From positions 13,020,001-13,084,000 of the forward strand of contig OZ024751.1 in assembly GCA_964016885.1 (NCBI GenBank): DNA of 64,000 nt, written 5' to 3'. How positions within the stretch are numbered: the first letter of the stretch is position 1; the number at the start of each line of letters is the position of its first letter. Positions 52,065 to 64,000 of the stretch are shown one piece after another. The notes below the pieces were generated by a model, which saw only the letters and a list, made by a program, of their open reading frames with translations, was not told where the DNA came from and made no database searches. The position numbers were made by a program, and so were the translations under genes. The stretch comes from Eledone cirrhosa. Its lineage: Eukaryota.

Positions 52065-54671
52065 ATTCTCTTTTATTCTCTTTTACCTGTTTCAGCCATC
52101 CGGCTGAGGCCATGCTGGGGCACCGCCCTTGCTGCTACACACTTTATCTCCAGCCTGTATAGGTTGGCCACTGGTGTAGGAGGGAGTTTGTTGCTGCTGC
52201 CCTTAGGTTTCCCTCGTGTCTTGCTGTGGGCTCATCCGGGATCCTGGATAACAAGGTGTCGAGATGTTTCTTAAAGACATCCACCTCCACGTCATGCAAG
52301 TCTCGCAGATGCCTCGGCAGCCTGTTGAAGAGTTGAGGGCCCTTGAATCCCAGGCTATTGCAATACCTGCTCCTTATTCTAGATGTGGAAGACGGGACCT
52401 TTGGCACCACACAGTGACGTCCTGTTCGACGGTTGGTCCAGCTCCCAATGCCAAAGTTTGGTGCTAGTCCCTCCAGGATTTTCCACATGTAGATCACTGC
52501 GTATCTCTCCCGTCTTCGCTCCAAGGAGTAGAGGTTCAGTTCCTTCAGCCTCTCCCAGTAGCTTGTCTCCCTCATCTTGGCAATCCTCTTGGTGTAGCTT
52601 CGCTGGATTGCCTCAAGCTCTGTGGTTAGTTTGACACTATGGGGTGACCACAGCTGGGAGCAGTAGTCCAGGCGGCTTAGGACAAAAGTCCTCCACAGTG
52701 TCAACATGGTGTCTCGATCTCTTGTAAGGAAAGTCCTCAAGATCCAGCCAGCGAATCGTCTACATGCTGTCGCCACCTTCATGATGTGTGAAGAAAAAGA
52801 TGCATCATCGCTCATGTCTATGCCCAGGTCTCGTATCGATTTTGACACGGGGATATCGGTCCCTCCTGGTCCTGTGTAGCTGTGTTCCGCTATATTTGTG
52901 TTTGTGTTTGCAGGTTTGTATTGTAGGGCTTGGAATTTGCCAGCATTAAACTGCATGTTGTTTTCTTCCGCCCATCTGTATATGGCATCCAGATCCTGCT
53001 GTAAGAGGGCAGTGTCAGCCGGGTTTTTGATTGCCTGTGCTACCTTAGTGTCATCAGCATAGCTAGTGAGGGATGTTGTTGCATGCACCACAGAGGGCAT
53101 GTCCGAGAGAGCCACCAAAAAAACAGTAGTGGTCCCAGGACTGTCCCCTGAGGCACCCCACTTGTTATCGGTGTTTCCCTCGAGAGAGCCCCATTTGCTG
53201 CGACTGCCTGGCTTCTGTCCCTCAGGAAGCCATGCAGCCACTCACCTACTTTTCCAGTTATGCCGAGTCCGTGTAGTTTGTGACATATCATTCCGTGGTC
53301 GACCTTGTCAAAGGCCTTCGCAAAGTCAAGATATATCACGTCTACATGTGAGCTGTCTAGTAGCTGTCTCAGTACCCAGTCGTAGTGATGTAGCAGCTGT
53401 GTAAGGCAGCTTCTTCCTGGGCGGAAGCCATGTTGCGTGCTAGTCAGGCGGTCATTTTCTTCGAGGAAAGTGATTAGTTTCTTTCTGACGACTCGCTCCA
53501 TGACCTTACTGATATGCGACGTCAGGGAGACTGGCCTATAGTTCTTGGCCTCCGCTCTACTACCTCCTTTATGGATAGGGCATATTGTGCCTTCTTTCAG
53601 CTCCCTGGGTAGTACACCGCTAGCCAAGGAGCTTCTGAAGAGCATCTTCAGTGGAGTTGCTAAGGCCCGCTTACATATTTTTAGGAGAACTGCTGGGAAT
53701 CCATCAGGTCCAGCAGCCGAGTCTGTTCTAATTTCATCAATGGCGTACACCACATCCTCCTCCGTTATGTCTATGTGGTTGATGGTTGCCATTTCTTGAT
53801 GTAGTGTTGTGGCATCAAAGAACTCCTCTGGCTTCGTTATTTGCATGTGCCTCAGTGGACATGTGAAGACACTTTTGTACTGTTCATTCAGTATTTCACA
53901 TATCTCTTGGGGATTTTCGGTTAATGAACCGTCCGTGTGGAAGAGTGGTCCAATCTTGCAGTGTACTGAGGCAGTTTCTTTTGCAAATTTAAAGAAGGCC
54001 TTAGGGTTTGTTTTAATGTTTTCTATGGCCCTGTTCTCTTTCCTTGCCCTCTCATTCTCATGTGAAAGCTTGAGTGCAATCTCGGTGTCAAGTAGTGCAC
54101 GTTTCAAATAGGATTCCTTCTTGTTTTGGTTTTGTTGACTATTCAACTGGTTTGAGAGTTTAGTTCTACGTCTCATAAGGATTTTCCTATCTCTGGGAAT
54201 AAGATTTTTGTGTCTGTTTGCCTCTTTCTCCGGGACACACTTTTTGCATATGGTGTGTATCGTTGTCATGAAGTGTTGAAATTGTGTGTTAGTGTCTTGT
54301 GTGGCGATGTTTGCACTCCATGTTTGCTTCCGGATTTCACTCTTAATCTTCTTCCAGTCAGCCCCGTAGAAGTTAAGGCTGGATAGCGTCCCGGAGCTTC
54401 TTGGTGGTTTTGTCTCTGTTGGTTCTCTTGGACCACATATCATTAGCTCTACCAAGTTATGATCCGAGAGAATTGTTGGTGTCACCTTTACATTGTGGAT
54501 GAGCACTTCGTTGTTTGTAAAACAGAGGTCCAGGACATTTTCGCCTCTTGTTGGGAGGAGTATTGCTTGCTCCATGAACAGCCTGTGTGTGAGGGCCAGC
54601 AGGGATTCCGTCTGTCTCTGTTCTATTGACGTCATTCCAGGGAGGAGGTGGCCCTCAGGCCATTTGACCTT
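52065..54671 (-). mobile_element. 5'-truncated CR1/L2-group LINE (APE C-terminus plus RT), frameshifted
   Basis: LDLCFTN and SDH (APE end), [39 protein letters not shown]; +2 indel in the A-run at 53117-53123; short TAAAAGAG-type repeat tail. Confidence 0.93.
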
Positions 54672-54839
54672 ATATATATATATATACATATATATACATA
54701 CACATATATATATATACATATATATACATATATATACATACACATATATATATATACATTTATATATATATACATATATATATACATACACATATATATA
54801 TATACATATATATATACATATATATATATATACATATAC

Positions 54840-54918
<79 letters not shown>

Positions 54919-54983
54919 GATATACATATATATAGATATACATATATATATAGATATACTTATATATATATATATACATATAT

Positions 54984-55034
<51 letters not shown>

Positions 55035-55109
55035 TATACATACATATATATATATATATATACACATATATATACATACATATAAATATATATATATATA
55101 CACATATAT

Positions 55110-55154
<45 letters not shown>

Positions 55155-55907
55155 TATATACACATATATATATAGATATATATATATATATATACACATA
55201 TATATATACATATATATATATATATACACATATATATATATACATATACACATATATATATACATACATATATATATACACATATATATATATATACATA
55301 TACACATATATATATATACAATATATTAACAAATGGAAACTATATTTATAACATACATATATATATATATATATATAAACACACATATATATAAACACAC
55401 ATATATATATATATATCATATGCCTATGTTTGTATGCATACACATTTTAAGATTAAGGCCACTTAGTCACAAACACCTCTACACATTCTCAGTAATAATT
55501 CCAGGATAAAACTTACTCTGCGCCCCTTACTTTTCCCCTAACAAGGGGACATATTTCTTTTCTCTTTTGTTTTAGTTTAGGTTTCCGTTACAATTTTAAT
55601 TTCGTTATTTGTGGTGTTATTTTTTGTTGTGTTTTTCATATTGAAAAGAGGGTTAGTTTGCGTGAAGATAATGTGAGTGTCGTTTATCAACCGGATGAGG
55701 GCGTTGCTTGCATACAAAGCAAGTTAGATTCATAACTTGAGAAGATGACGTGTAAGTAGGTGTCTCTTGGCAAATTCTTTAAAAAGTTCATTGTATGTAG
55801 TTGTGTGGTGATATCTTCTCGTTTCACATGATGCTATTGTCCCACTAACATCTTTCAACCAGTTAGTTATTAATTCTGATTAAGGAGGCGACAGACACTT
55901 TCAGATC

Positions 55908-55957
<50 letters not shown>

Positions 55958-55962
<5 letters not shown>

Positions 55963-56170
55963 ATATTAATAAATGGAAACTATATTTATAAAACCATAGT
56001 TATTTTATTATATATATTTCAAGGGCAACCAAGGCAATTTTGGTGCGCTTTCATCAGATAAAATATAAAATATATTTTATAAATGTTGACATACCCGTAG
56101 AAAAACAACCTTGACGGTTGAAGGTTCTCTGGATAGTTGAATCCCAACAAATTAAATATAACTTCTGCAT
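55958..56170. mobile_element. Family E rearranged fragment (related pieces at 55320-55352 and ~56450-56470)
   Basis: AAATGGAAACTATATTTATAAAACCATA...GCTTTCATCAGATAAAAT inverted arm joined to the tail TCCCAACAAATTAAATATAACTTCTGCA. Confidence 0.65.
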
Positions 56171-56173
56171 ATA

Positions 56174-56236
<63 letters not shown>

Positions 56237-56249
56237 GTATATATATATG

Positions 56250-56294
<45 letters not shown>

Positions 56295-56558
56295 GTATAT
56301 ATATATGTATATATATATATGTATATATATATGTAGGAGGTGAGTTTTATTGTAGTACAATAAAGCAATGCAGATATCGGATAAGATATGTTGATTTAAA
56401 ACTGCACTATCAACAAGTGTTTTTTTTAGCCTTCATATCATGTTCTCCTGTTTTATCTGATGAAAACACAAATATTATTGTTTGATGATGTTTGTTTTTG
56501 AAATGCGCATAATAAAATATATTGAACTCCTTTAACCATCTTTTGATCTTATATTATG

Positions 56559-56593
<35 letters not shown>

Positions 56594-56636
56594 GTATATA
56601 TATATGTATATGTATATATATATGTATATATATATG

Positions 56637-56685
<49 letters not shown>

Positions 56686-56698
56686 GTATATATATATG

Positions 56699-56747
<49 letters not shown>

Positions 56748-56786
56748 GTATATATATATGTATATATATATGTATATATATATATG

Positions 56787-56817
<31 letters not shown>

Positions 56818-56892
56818 GTATATATATATATATATACGTATATATATACGTATATATATATATATGTATATATATATGTATATATATATATG

Positions 56893-56923
<31 letters not shown>

Positions 56924-57024
56924 GTATATATATATATATGTATATATATATGTATATATATATATATGTACGTATATATATATATGTATATATATGTACG
57001 TATATATATATATGTATATATATA

Positions 57025-57180
57025 GGAACCAGTAAGACCCCGACAGCTGAGCTCAAGCCGTTTCGACGGCTAATTCTAAGACGGGGTCTTACTGGTTCCT
57101 ATTACCCACTCTACTACCTCAAGTATTGAGTACTTTGGTGCGTTATGGTCCACCTGGTTCCTTACCACATTTCCTTCGTT
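57025..57180 (+). mobile_element. Fold-back mini-element, family A
   Basis: GGAACCAGTAAGACCCCG and CGGGGTCTTACTGGTTCC form an inverted pair; interior homologous to 1419-1460; AAGTATTGAGTAC tail. Confidence 0.7.
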
Positions 57181-57503
57181 ATGTATATATATATGTATAT
57201 ATATATATGTATACGTATATATATATATATGTATATATATATGTATATATATATATGTATATATATATGTATATATATATATGTATATATATATGTATAT
57301 ATATATATGTATATATATATGTATATATATATATGTATATATATATGTATATATATATATGTATATATATATGTATATATATATATGTATATATATATGT
57401 ATATATATATATGTATATATATATGTATATATATATATGTATATATATATGTATATATATATGTATATATATATATGTATATATATATATGTATATATAT
57501 ATG

Positions 57504-58139
<636 letters not shown>

Positions 58140-58166
58140 AGGTCAAATATATAAGGTCATATATAT

Positions 58167-60766
58167 AAGGTCAAATGGCCTGAGGGCCACCTCCTCCCTG
58201 GAATGACGTCAATAGAACAGAGACAGACGGGATCCCTGCTGGCCCTCACACACAGGCTGTTCATGGAGCAAGCAATACTCCTCCCAACAAGAGGCGAAAA
58301 TGTCCTGGACCTCTGTTTTACAAACAGCGAAGTGCTCATCCACAATGTAAAGGTGACACCAACAATTCTCTCGGATCATAACTTGGTAGAGCTAATGATA
58401 TGTGGTCCAAGAGAACCAACAGAGACAAAACCACCAAGAAGCTCCGGGACGCTATCCAGCCTTAACTTCTACGGGGCTGACTGGAAGAAGATTAAGAGTG
58501 AAATCCGGAAGCAAACATGGAGTGCAAACATCGCCACACAAGACACTAACACACAATTTCAACACTTCATGACAACGATACACACCATATGCAAAAAGTG
58601 TGTCCCGGAGAAAGAGGCAAACAGACACAAAAATCTTATTCCCAGAGATAGGAAAATCCTTATGAGACGTAGAACTAAACTCTCAAACCAGTTGAATAGT
58701 CAACAAAACCAAAACAAGAAGGAATCCTATTTGAAACGTGCACTACTTGACACCGAGATTGCACTCAAGCTTTCACATGAGAATGAGAGGGCAAGGAAAG
58801 AGAACAGGGCCATAGAAAACATTAAAACAAACCCTAAGGCCTTCTTTAAATTTGCAAAAGAAACTGCCTCAGTACACTGCAAGATTGGACCACTCTTCCA
58901 CACGGACGGTTCATTAACCGAAAATCCCCAAGAGATATGTGAAATACTGAACGAACAGTACAAAAGTGTCTTCACATGTCCACTGAGGCACATGCAAATA
59001 ACGAAGCCAGAGGAGTTCTTTGATGCCACAACACTACATCAAGAAATGGCAACCATCAACCACATAGACATAACGGAGGAGGATGTGGTGTACGCCATTG
59101 ATGAAATTAGAACAGACTCGGCTGCTGGACCTGATGGATTCCCAGCAGTTCTCCTAAAAATATGTAAGCGGGCCTTAGCAACTCCACTGAAGATGCTCTT
59201 CAGAAGCTCCTTGGCTAGCGGTGTACTACCCAGGGAGCTGAAAGAAGGCACAATATGCCCTATCCATAAAGGGGGTAGTAGAGCGGAGGCCAAGAACTAT
59301 AGGCCAGTCTCCCTGACGTCGCATATCAGTAAGGTCATGGAGCGAGTCGTCAGAAAGAAACTAATCACTTTCCTCGAAGAAAATGACCGCCTGACTAGCA
59401 CGCAACATGGCTTCCGCCCAGGAAGAAGCTGCCTTACACAGCTGCTACATCACTACGACTGGGTACTGAGACAACTACTAGACAGCTCACATGTAGACGT
59501 GATATATCTTGACTTTGCGAAGGCCTTTGACAAGGTCGACCACGGAATGATATGTCACAAACTACACGGACTCGGCATAACTGGAAAAGTAGGTGAGTGG
59601 CTGCATGGCTTCCTAAGGGACAGAAGCCAGGCAGTCGCAGCAAATGGGGCCCTCTCGAGGGAAACACCGATAACAAGTGGGGTGCCTCATGGGACAGTCC
59701 TGGGACCACTACTGTTTTTGGTGGCTCTCTCGGACATGCCCTCTGTGGTGCATGCAACAACATCCCTCACTAGCTATGCTGATGACACTAAGGTAGCACA
59801 GGCAATCAAAAACCCGGCTGACGCTGCCCTCTTACAGCAGGATCTGGATGCCATATACAGATGGGCGGAAGAAAACAACATGCAGTTTAATGCTGGCAAA
59901 TTCCAAGCCCTACAATACAAACCTGCAAACACAAACACAAATATAGCGGAACACAGCTACACAGGACCAGGAGGGACCGATATCCCCGTGTCAAAATCGA
60001 TACGAGACCTGGGCATAGACATGAGCGATGATGCATCTTTTTCTTCACACATCATGAAGGTGGCGACAGCATGTAGACGATTCGCTGGCTGGATCTTGAG
60101 GACTTTCCTTACAAGAGATCGAGACACCATGTTGACACTGTGGAGGACTTTTGTCCTAAGCCTCCTGGACTACTGCTCCCAGCTGTGGTCACCCCATAGT
60201 GTCAAACTAACCACAGATCTTGAGGCAATCCAGCGAAGCTACACCAAGAGGATTGCCAAGATGAGGGAGACAAGCTACTGGGAGTGGCTGAAGGAACTGA
60301 ACCTCTACTCCTTGGAGCGAAGACGGGAGAGATACGCAATGATCTACATGTGGAAAATCCTGGAGGGACTAGCACCAAACTTTGGCATTGGGAGCTGGAC
60401 CAACCGTCGAACAGGACGTCACTGTGTGGTGCCAAAGGTCCCGTCTTCCACATCTAGAATAAGGAGCAGGTATTGCAATAGCCTGGGATTCAAGGGCCCT
60501 CAACTCTTCAACAGGCTGCCGAGGCATCTGCGAGACTTGCGTGACGTGGAGGTGGATGTCTTTAAGAAACATCTCGACACCTTGTTATCCAGGATCCCGG
60601 ATGAGCCCACAGCAAGACACGAGGGAAACCTAAGGGCAGCAGCAACAGACTCCCTCCTACACCAGTGGCCAACCTATACAGGCTGGAGATAAAATGTGTA
60701 GCAACAAGGGCGGTGCCCCAGCATGGCCTCAGCCGGATGGCTGAAACAGGTAAAAGAGTAAAAGAA
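58167..60766 (+). mobile_element. 5'-truncated CR1/L2-group LINE
   Basis: Near-identical to the reverse complement of 52065-54671; both begin AAGGTCAAATGGCC. Confidence 0.95.
58203..60692 (+). CDS. LINE ORF2 remnant: APE C-terminus plus reverse transcriptase, 829 aa open
   Basis: Frame is open from 58167 (KVKWPEG...); YADD intact, but motif B reads GVPHG instead of GVPQG, and most of the endonuclease is missing. Confidence 0.85.
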   Translation: MTSIEQRQTGSLLALTHRLFMEQAILLPTRGENVLDLCFTNSEVLIHNVKVTPTILSDHNLVELMICGPREPTETKPPRSSGTLSSLNFYGADWKKIKSEIRKQTWSANIATQDTNTQFQHFMTTIHTICKKCVPEKEANRHKNLIPRDRKILMRRRTKLSNQLNSQQNQNKKESYLKRALLDTEIALKLSHENERARKENRAIENIKTNPKAFFKFAKETASVHCKIGPLFHTDGSLTENPQEICEILNEQYKSVFTCPLRHMQITKPEEFFDATTLHQEMATINHIDITEEDVVYAIDEIRTDSAAGPDGFPAVLLKICKRALATPLKMLFRSSLASGVLPRELKEGTICPIHKGGSRAEAKNYRPVSLTSHISKVMERVVRKKLITFLEENDRLTSTQHGFRPGRSCLTQLLHHYDWVLRQLLDSSHVDVIYLDFAKAFDKVDHGMICHKLHGLGITGKVGEWLHGFLRDRSQAVAANGALSRETPITSGVPHGTVLGPLLFLVALSDMPSVVHATTSLTSYADDTKVAQAIKNPADAALLQQDLDAIYRWAEENNMQFNAGKFQALQYKPANTNTNIAEHSYTGPGGTDIPVSKSIRDLGIDMSDDASFSSHIMKVATACRRFAGWILRTFLTRDRDTMLTLWRTFVLSLLDYCSQLWSPHSVKLTTDLEAIQRSYTKRIAKMRETSYWEWLKELNLYSLERRRERYAMIYMWKILEGLAPNFGIGSWTNRRTGRHCVVPKVPSSTSRIRSRYCNSLGFKGPQLFNRLPRHLRDLRDVEVDVFKKHLDTLLSRIPDEPTARHEGNLRAAATDSLLHQWPTYTGWR

Positions 60767-60931
<165 letters not shown>

Positions 60932-60967
60932 GTATATATATATATGTATATATATATATATGTATAT

Positions 60968-61021
<54 letters not shown>

Positions 61022-61068
61022 GTATATATATATGTATATATATATATATATATATGTACATATATATG

Positions 61069-61100
<32 letters not shown>

Positions 61101-61174
61101 TATATATATATATATGTATATATATATGTATATATATATGTATATATATATGTATATATATATATATATATATA

Positions 61175-61243
<69 letters not shown>

Positions 61244-61244
61244 A

Positions 61245-61311
<67 letters not shown>

Positions 61312-61328
61312 AAATATATATGTATATG

Positions 61329-61373
<45 letters not shown>

Positions 61374-61374
61374 A

Positions 61375-61409
<35 letters not shown>

Positions 61410-61430
61410 ATATAAATATATATGTATATG

Positions 61431-61511
<81 letters not shown>

Positions 61512-61523
61512 ATATATATAAAT

Positions 61524-61553
<30 letters not shown>

Positions 61554-61557
<4 letters not shown>

Positions 61558-62142
61558 TGTTATACTTTGGGAGAGTCATGTTGCCAATAAGAAACACACG
61601 CACCAGTTGCTTTCACTTCAATTTAATTTAATATATATTTATAAATTTACAAATTTATAAATTTCTGGTTGGTTGGTTGGTTCCACAACCAGATAGTTGT
61701 TTATATATATATATAGTCATAGTTCTTTCGTCACACACTCTGTGACCTCTTCAGTGATTGGGGATTTCTTTCTTCGTTTCTGTGCCTTTCCTTTCTTCTA
61801 TCCTACGCCATTTTGTTTTCAAAACAAAATGGCGTAGGATAGAAGAAAGGAAAGGCACAGAAACGAAGAAAGAAATCCCCAGTCACTGAAGAGGTCACAG
61901 AGTGTGTGACGAAAGAACTATGACTATATATATATAAACAACTATCTGGTTGTGGAACCAACCAACCAACCAGAAATTTATAAATTTGTAAATTTATAAA
62001 TATATATTAAATTAAATTGAAGTGAAAGCAACTGGTGCGTGTGTTTCTTATTGGCAACATGACCCTCCCAAAGTATAACAATATCGGTTTCAACACACGA
62101 TTTCAGATAAAGAATCTTGCTAAACAAATTCAGAAACGAAAT
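61554..62142 (+). mobile_element. Near-perfect ~530-bp palindrome of family H pLTR plus tail
   Basis: Arms 61554-61819 and 61821-62084 with a 1-nt centre at C61820; ~58-nt tail; hammerhead motifs at 61881-61925 (+) and 61715-61759 (-). Confidence 0.88.
61881..61925 (+). ncRNA. Minimal type I hammerhead ribozyme motif
   Basis: AGTCA-CTGAAGA-G-GTCACA-GAGTG-TGTGAC-GAAA-GAAC-TA-TGACT. Confidence 0.78.
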
Positions 62143-62211
62143 ATATATATATATTTATATATATATATATATAAAAATTCAGCAAAATCGCATTTCGGCA
62201 GTTAGAAATAC

Positions 62212-62490
62212 ACAGTTGTCCCCCGGTGTTCGCAGGGGCTATTCTCCTAGATCACACGTGCTCCTATAAACGTCAAAATATAATGTAAAATATAATAAAA
62301 GAAAATGCGAAGGGGCGTCCAATAGGCCGGCATATTCGGTATATTGTAATAATAATTTAGCGTTAGAATAACCATTAAAAAATCACGGAAGATATTGACG
62401 ATCTCGCGAATATGCGGTGGTATCCACGAAGAAATAATAGTTAGGTTTTAAGCAAAATTCCGCGAATAACCGGGACCGCGAATGTCGGTT
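62212..62490. mobile_element. Possible Tigger/pogo-like non-autonomous DNA element remnant
   Basis: CAGTTGTCCCCCGGTGTTCGCAGG start and CCGCGAATAACCGGGACCGCGAAT near the end resemble Tigger-type termini; the right end is lost in (TA)n. Confidence 0.35.
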
Positions 62491-63230
62491 ATTATATATA
62501 TGTATCTATGTATATATATATGTATGTATGTATATTTATATATATATATATGTATGTATGTGTACATATATATATACATACATACATAGATATATATATA
62601 TATGTATATATATACGTATGTATGTGTATATATATATACATATATGTATATATATACATATGTATATATATATATGTGTATATATACATACATACATATA
62701 TATATATGAATATATATATATATGTGTATATATATGTATATATACATACATATATGTGTATATATATATATACATACGTATATATATGAATATATATATA
62801 TATGTGTATATATATGTATATATACATACATATATGTGTATATATATATACATACGTATGTGTGTATAGATATATGTATGTGTATATATATATACATACA
62901 TATATATATGTATATATGTATGTATGTATGTATTTGTATATATGTATATATGTATGTGTATATATATGTATGTATGTACGTGTATATATATGTATGTGTA
63001 TATATTTATTTATATGTATATATATATATATGTGTGTATATATATATATATGTATATATAAATAAATAAAATAAAATAAAATAACAGGAGGCTGGACTGG
63101 TGTAAATCCTTGAAGGGTTTATTATACTATGATCATTGCAATGACCGGGATCCGTATGAATCCGGTGAGATCAGGTATTGGAATATAACAAAGGAATATG
63201 TAAAAAACCAATATATATATATATGTATGT

Positions 63231-63408
63231 AAGTTTTAATATAGATGAGATTCTACAGGACTAGAACTGTTTCATTCCTGATGATTTCTAAAGAATGAAA
63301 CAGTTCTAGTCCTGTAGAATCTCATCTATATTAAAACTTTTATACTCTGCAATGTATTGAGTACCTTACTTACTGTGGTTACCTCCGATTCAACCCGGAA
63401 TAACGTAC
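63231..63408 (+). mobile_element. Fold-back mini-element, family I, with hammerhead core at the loop
   Basis: Perfect 47-bp arms 63231-63277 and 63293-63339; loop CTGATGATTTCTAAA followed by GAATGAAACAGTTC; tail contains TATTGAGTAC as in family A. Confidence 0.72.
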
Positions 63409-63444
63409 TATATATGTATGTATATATATATATATGTATATGTA

Positions 63445-63489
<45 letters not shown>

Positions 63490-63605
63490 GTATATATATG
63501 TATGTATATATATATATATATATATGTACATGTATATGTAACATATATATATATGTATATATGTATATGTATATGTATATATACATGTATATGGTATATA
63601 TATGT

Positions 63606-63639
<34 letters not shown>

Positions 63640-64000
63640 ATGTATAGAATTCACAAGAATCAAAGCTATGTTGAAAGCATTTATTCACTTACAATTGTTT
63701 CATACAAACCTAGGCTTGGAGTCTTCGGAGTATTTTTCAATGTTTGTTCACATAATTGACCTCCTTTCCAACGCAAGGGACATACAGATACATATATATA
63801 TATATTGATGTACAGTGGAGTGGCATATATTATACTATACTATTTTTGTACAGTAGTTCAAAATCAAAATCAAAATTAAAATCAAAATACTTTCGGCAGA
63901 TAACACAGATAATGCAAGAGGATAGTTTGATAGTCAGGTCTAGTAGGTAGTGTATGCGTTAGTTACACGTAGAGCATGCATGTGTGTCTCATTGTTATAC

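Noticed and set aside
55640-55890. Possible degenerate GIY-YIG coding remnant on the minus strand
   Set aside because: Only vague motif resemblance with multiple stops; it cannot be supported without a profile search.
58167-58225. HDV-like ribozyme defining the LINE 5' end (CCACCTCCTCCCTGG)
   Set aside because: P1 pairs only partly, the P1.1 GG is missing, and the sequence is in-frame endonuclease coding.

Overview
Eukaryotic, AT-rich, gene-poor repeat region; the SINE types and (TA)n load suggest a cephalopod such as Octopus (inference). No host gene can be called with confidence, and almost all long ORFs in the track are microsatellite or satellite artefacts. Contents: (1) a ~8.9 kb 28-bp CT-rich satellite with a 3,248-bp higher-order duplication, sitting between SINE fragments; (2) many tRNA-derived SINE copies; (3) kilobase-scale interrupted (TA)n arrays; (4) two near-identical CR1/L2-group LINE copies in divergent orientation, 5'-truncated at the same base; (5) a decayed Penelope-like (PLE) reverse transcriptase and three GIY-YIG C-terminal fragments; (6) about ten short elements from several dissimilar families embedded in (TA)n. 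Most of these share one layout (inverted arm, spacer, forward arm, 50-90 nt tail), and many carry minimal hammerhead ribozyme motifs. They look like non-autonomous, TA-associated, fold-back PLE derivatives. A 200-N gap lies at 30594-30793. All alignments and folds were done by eye.
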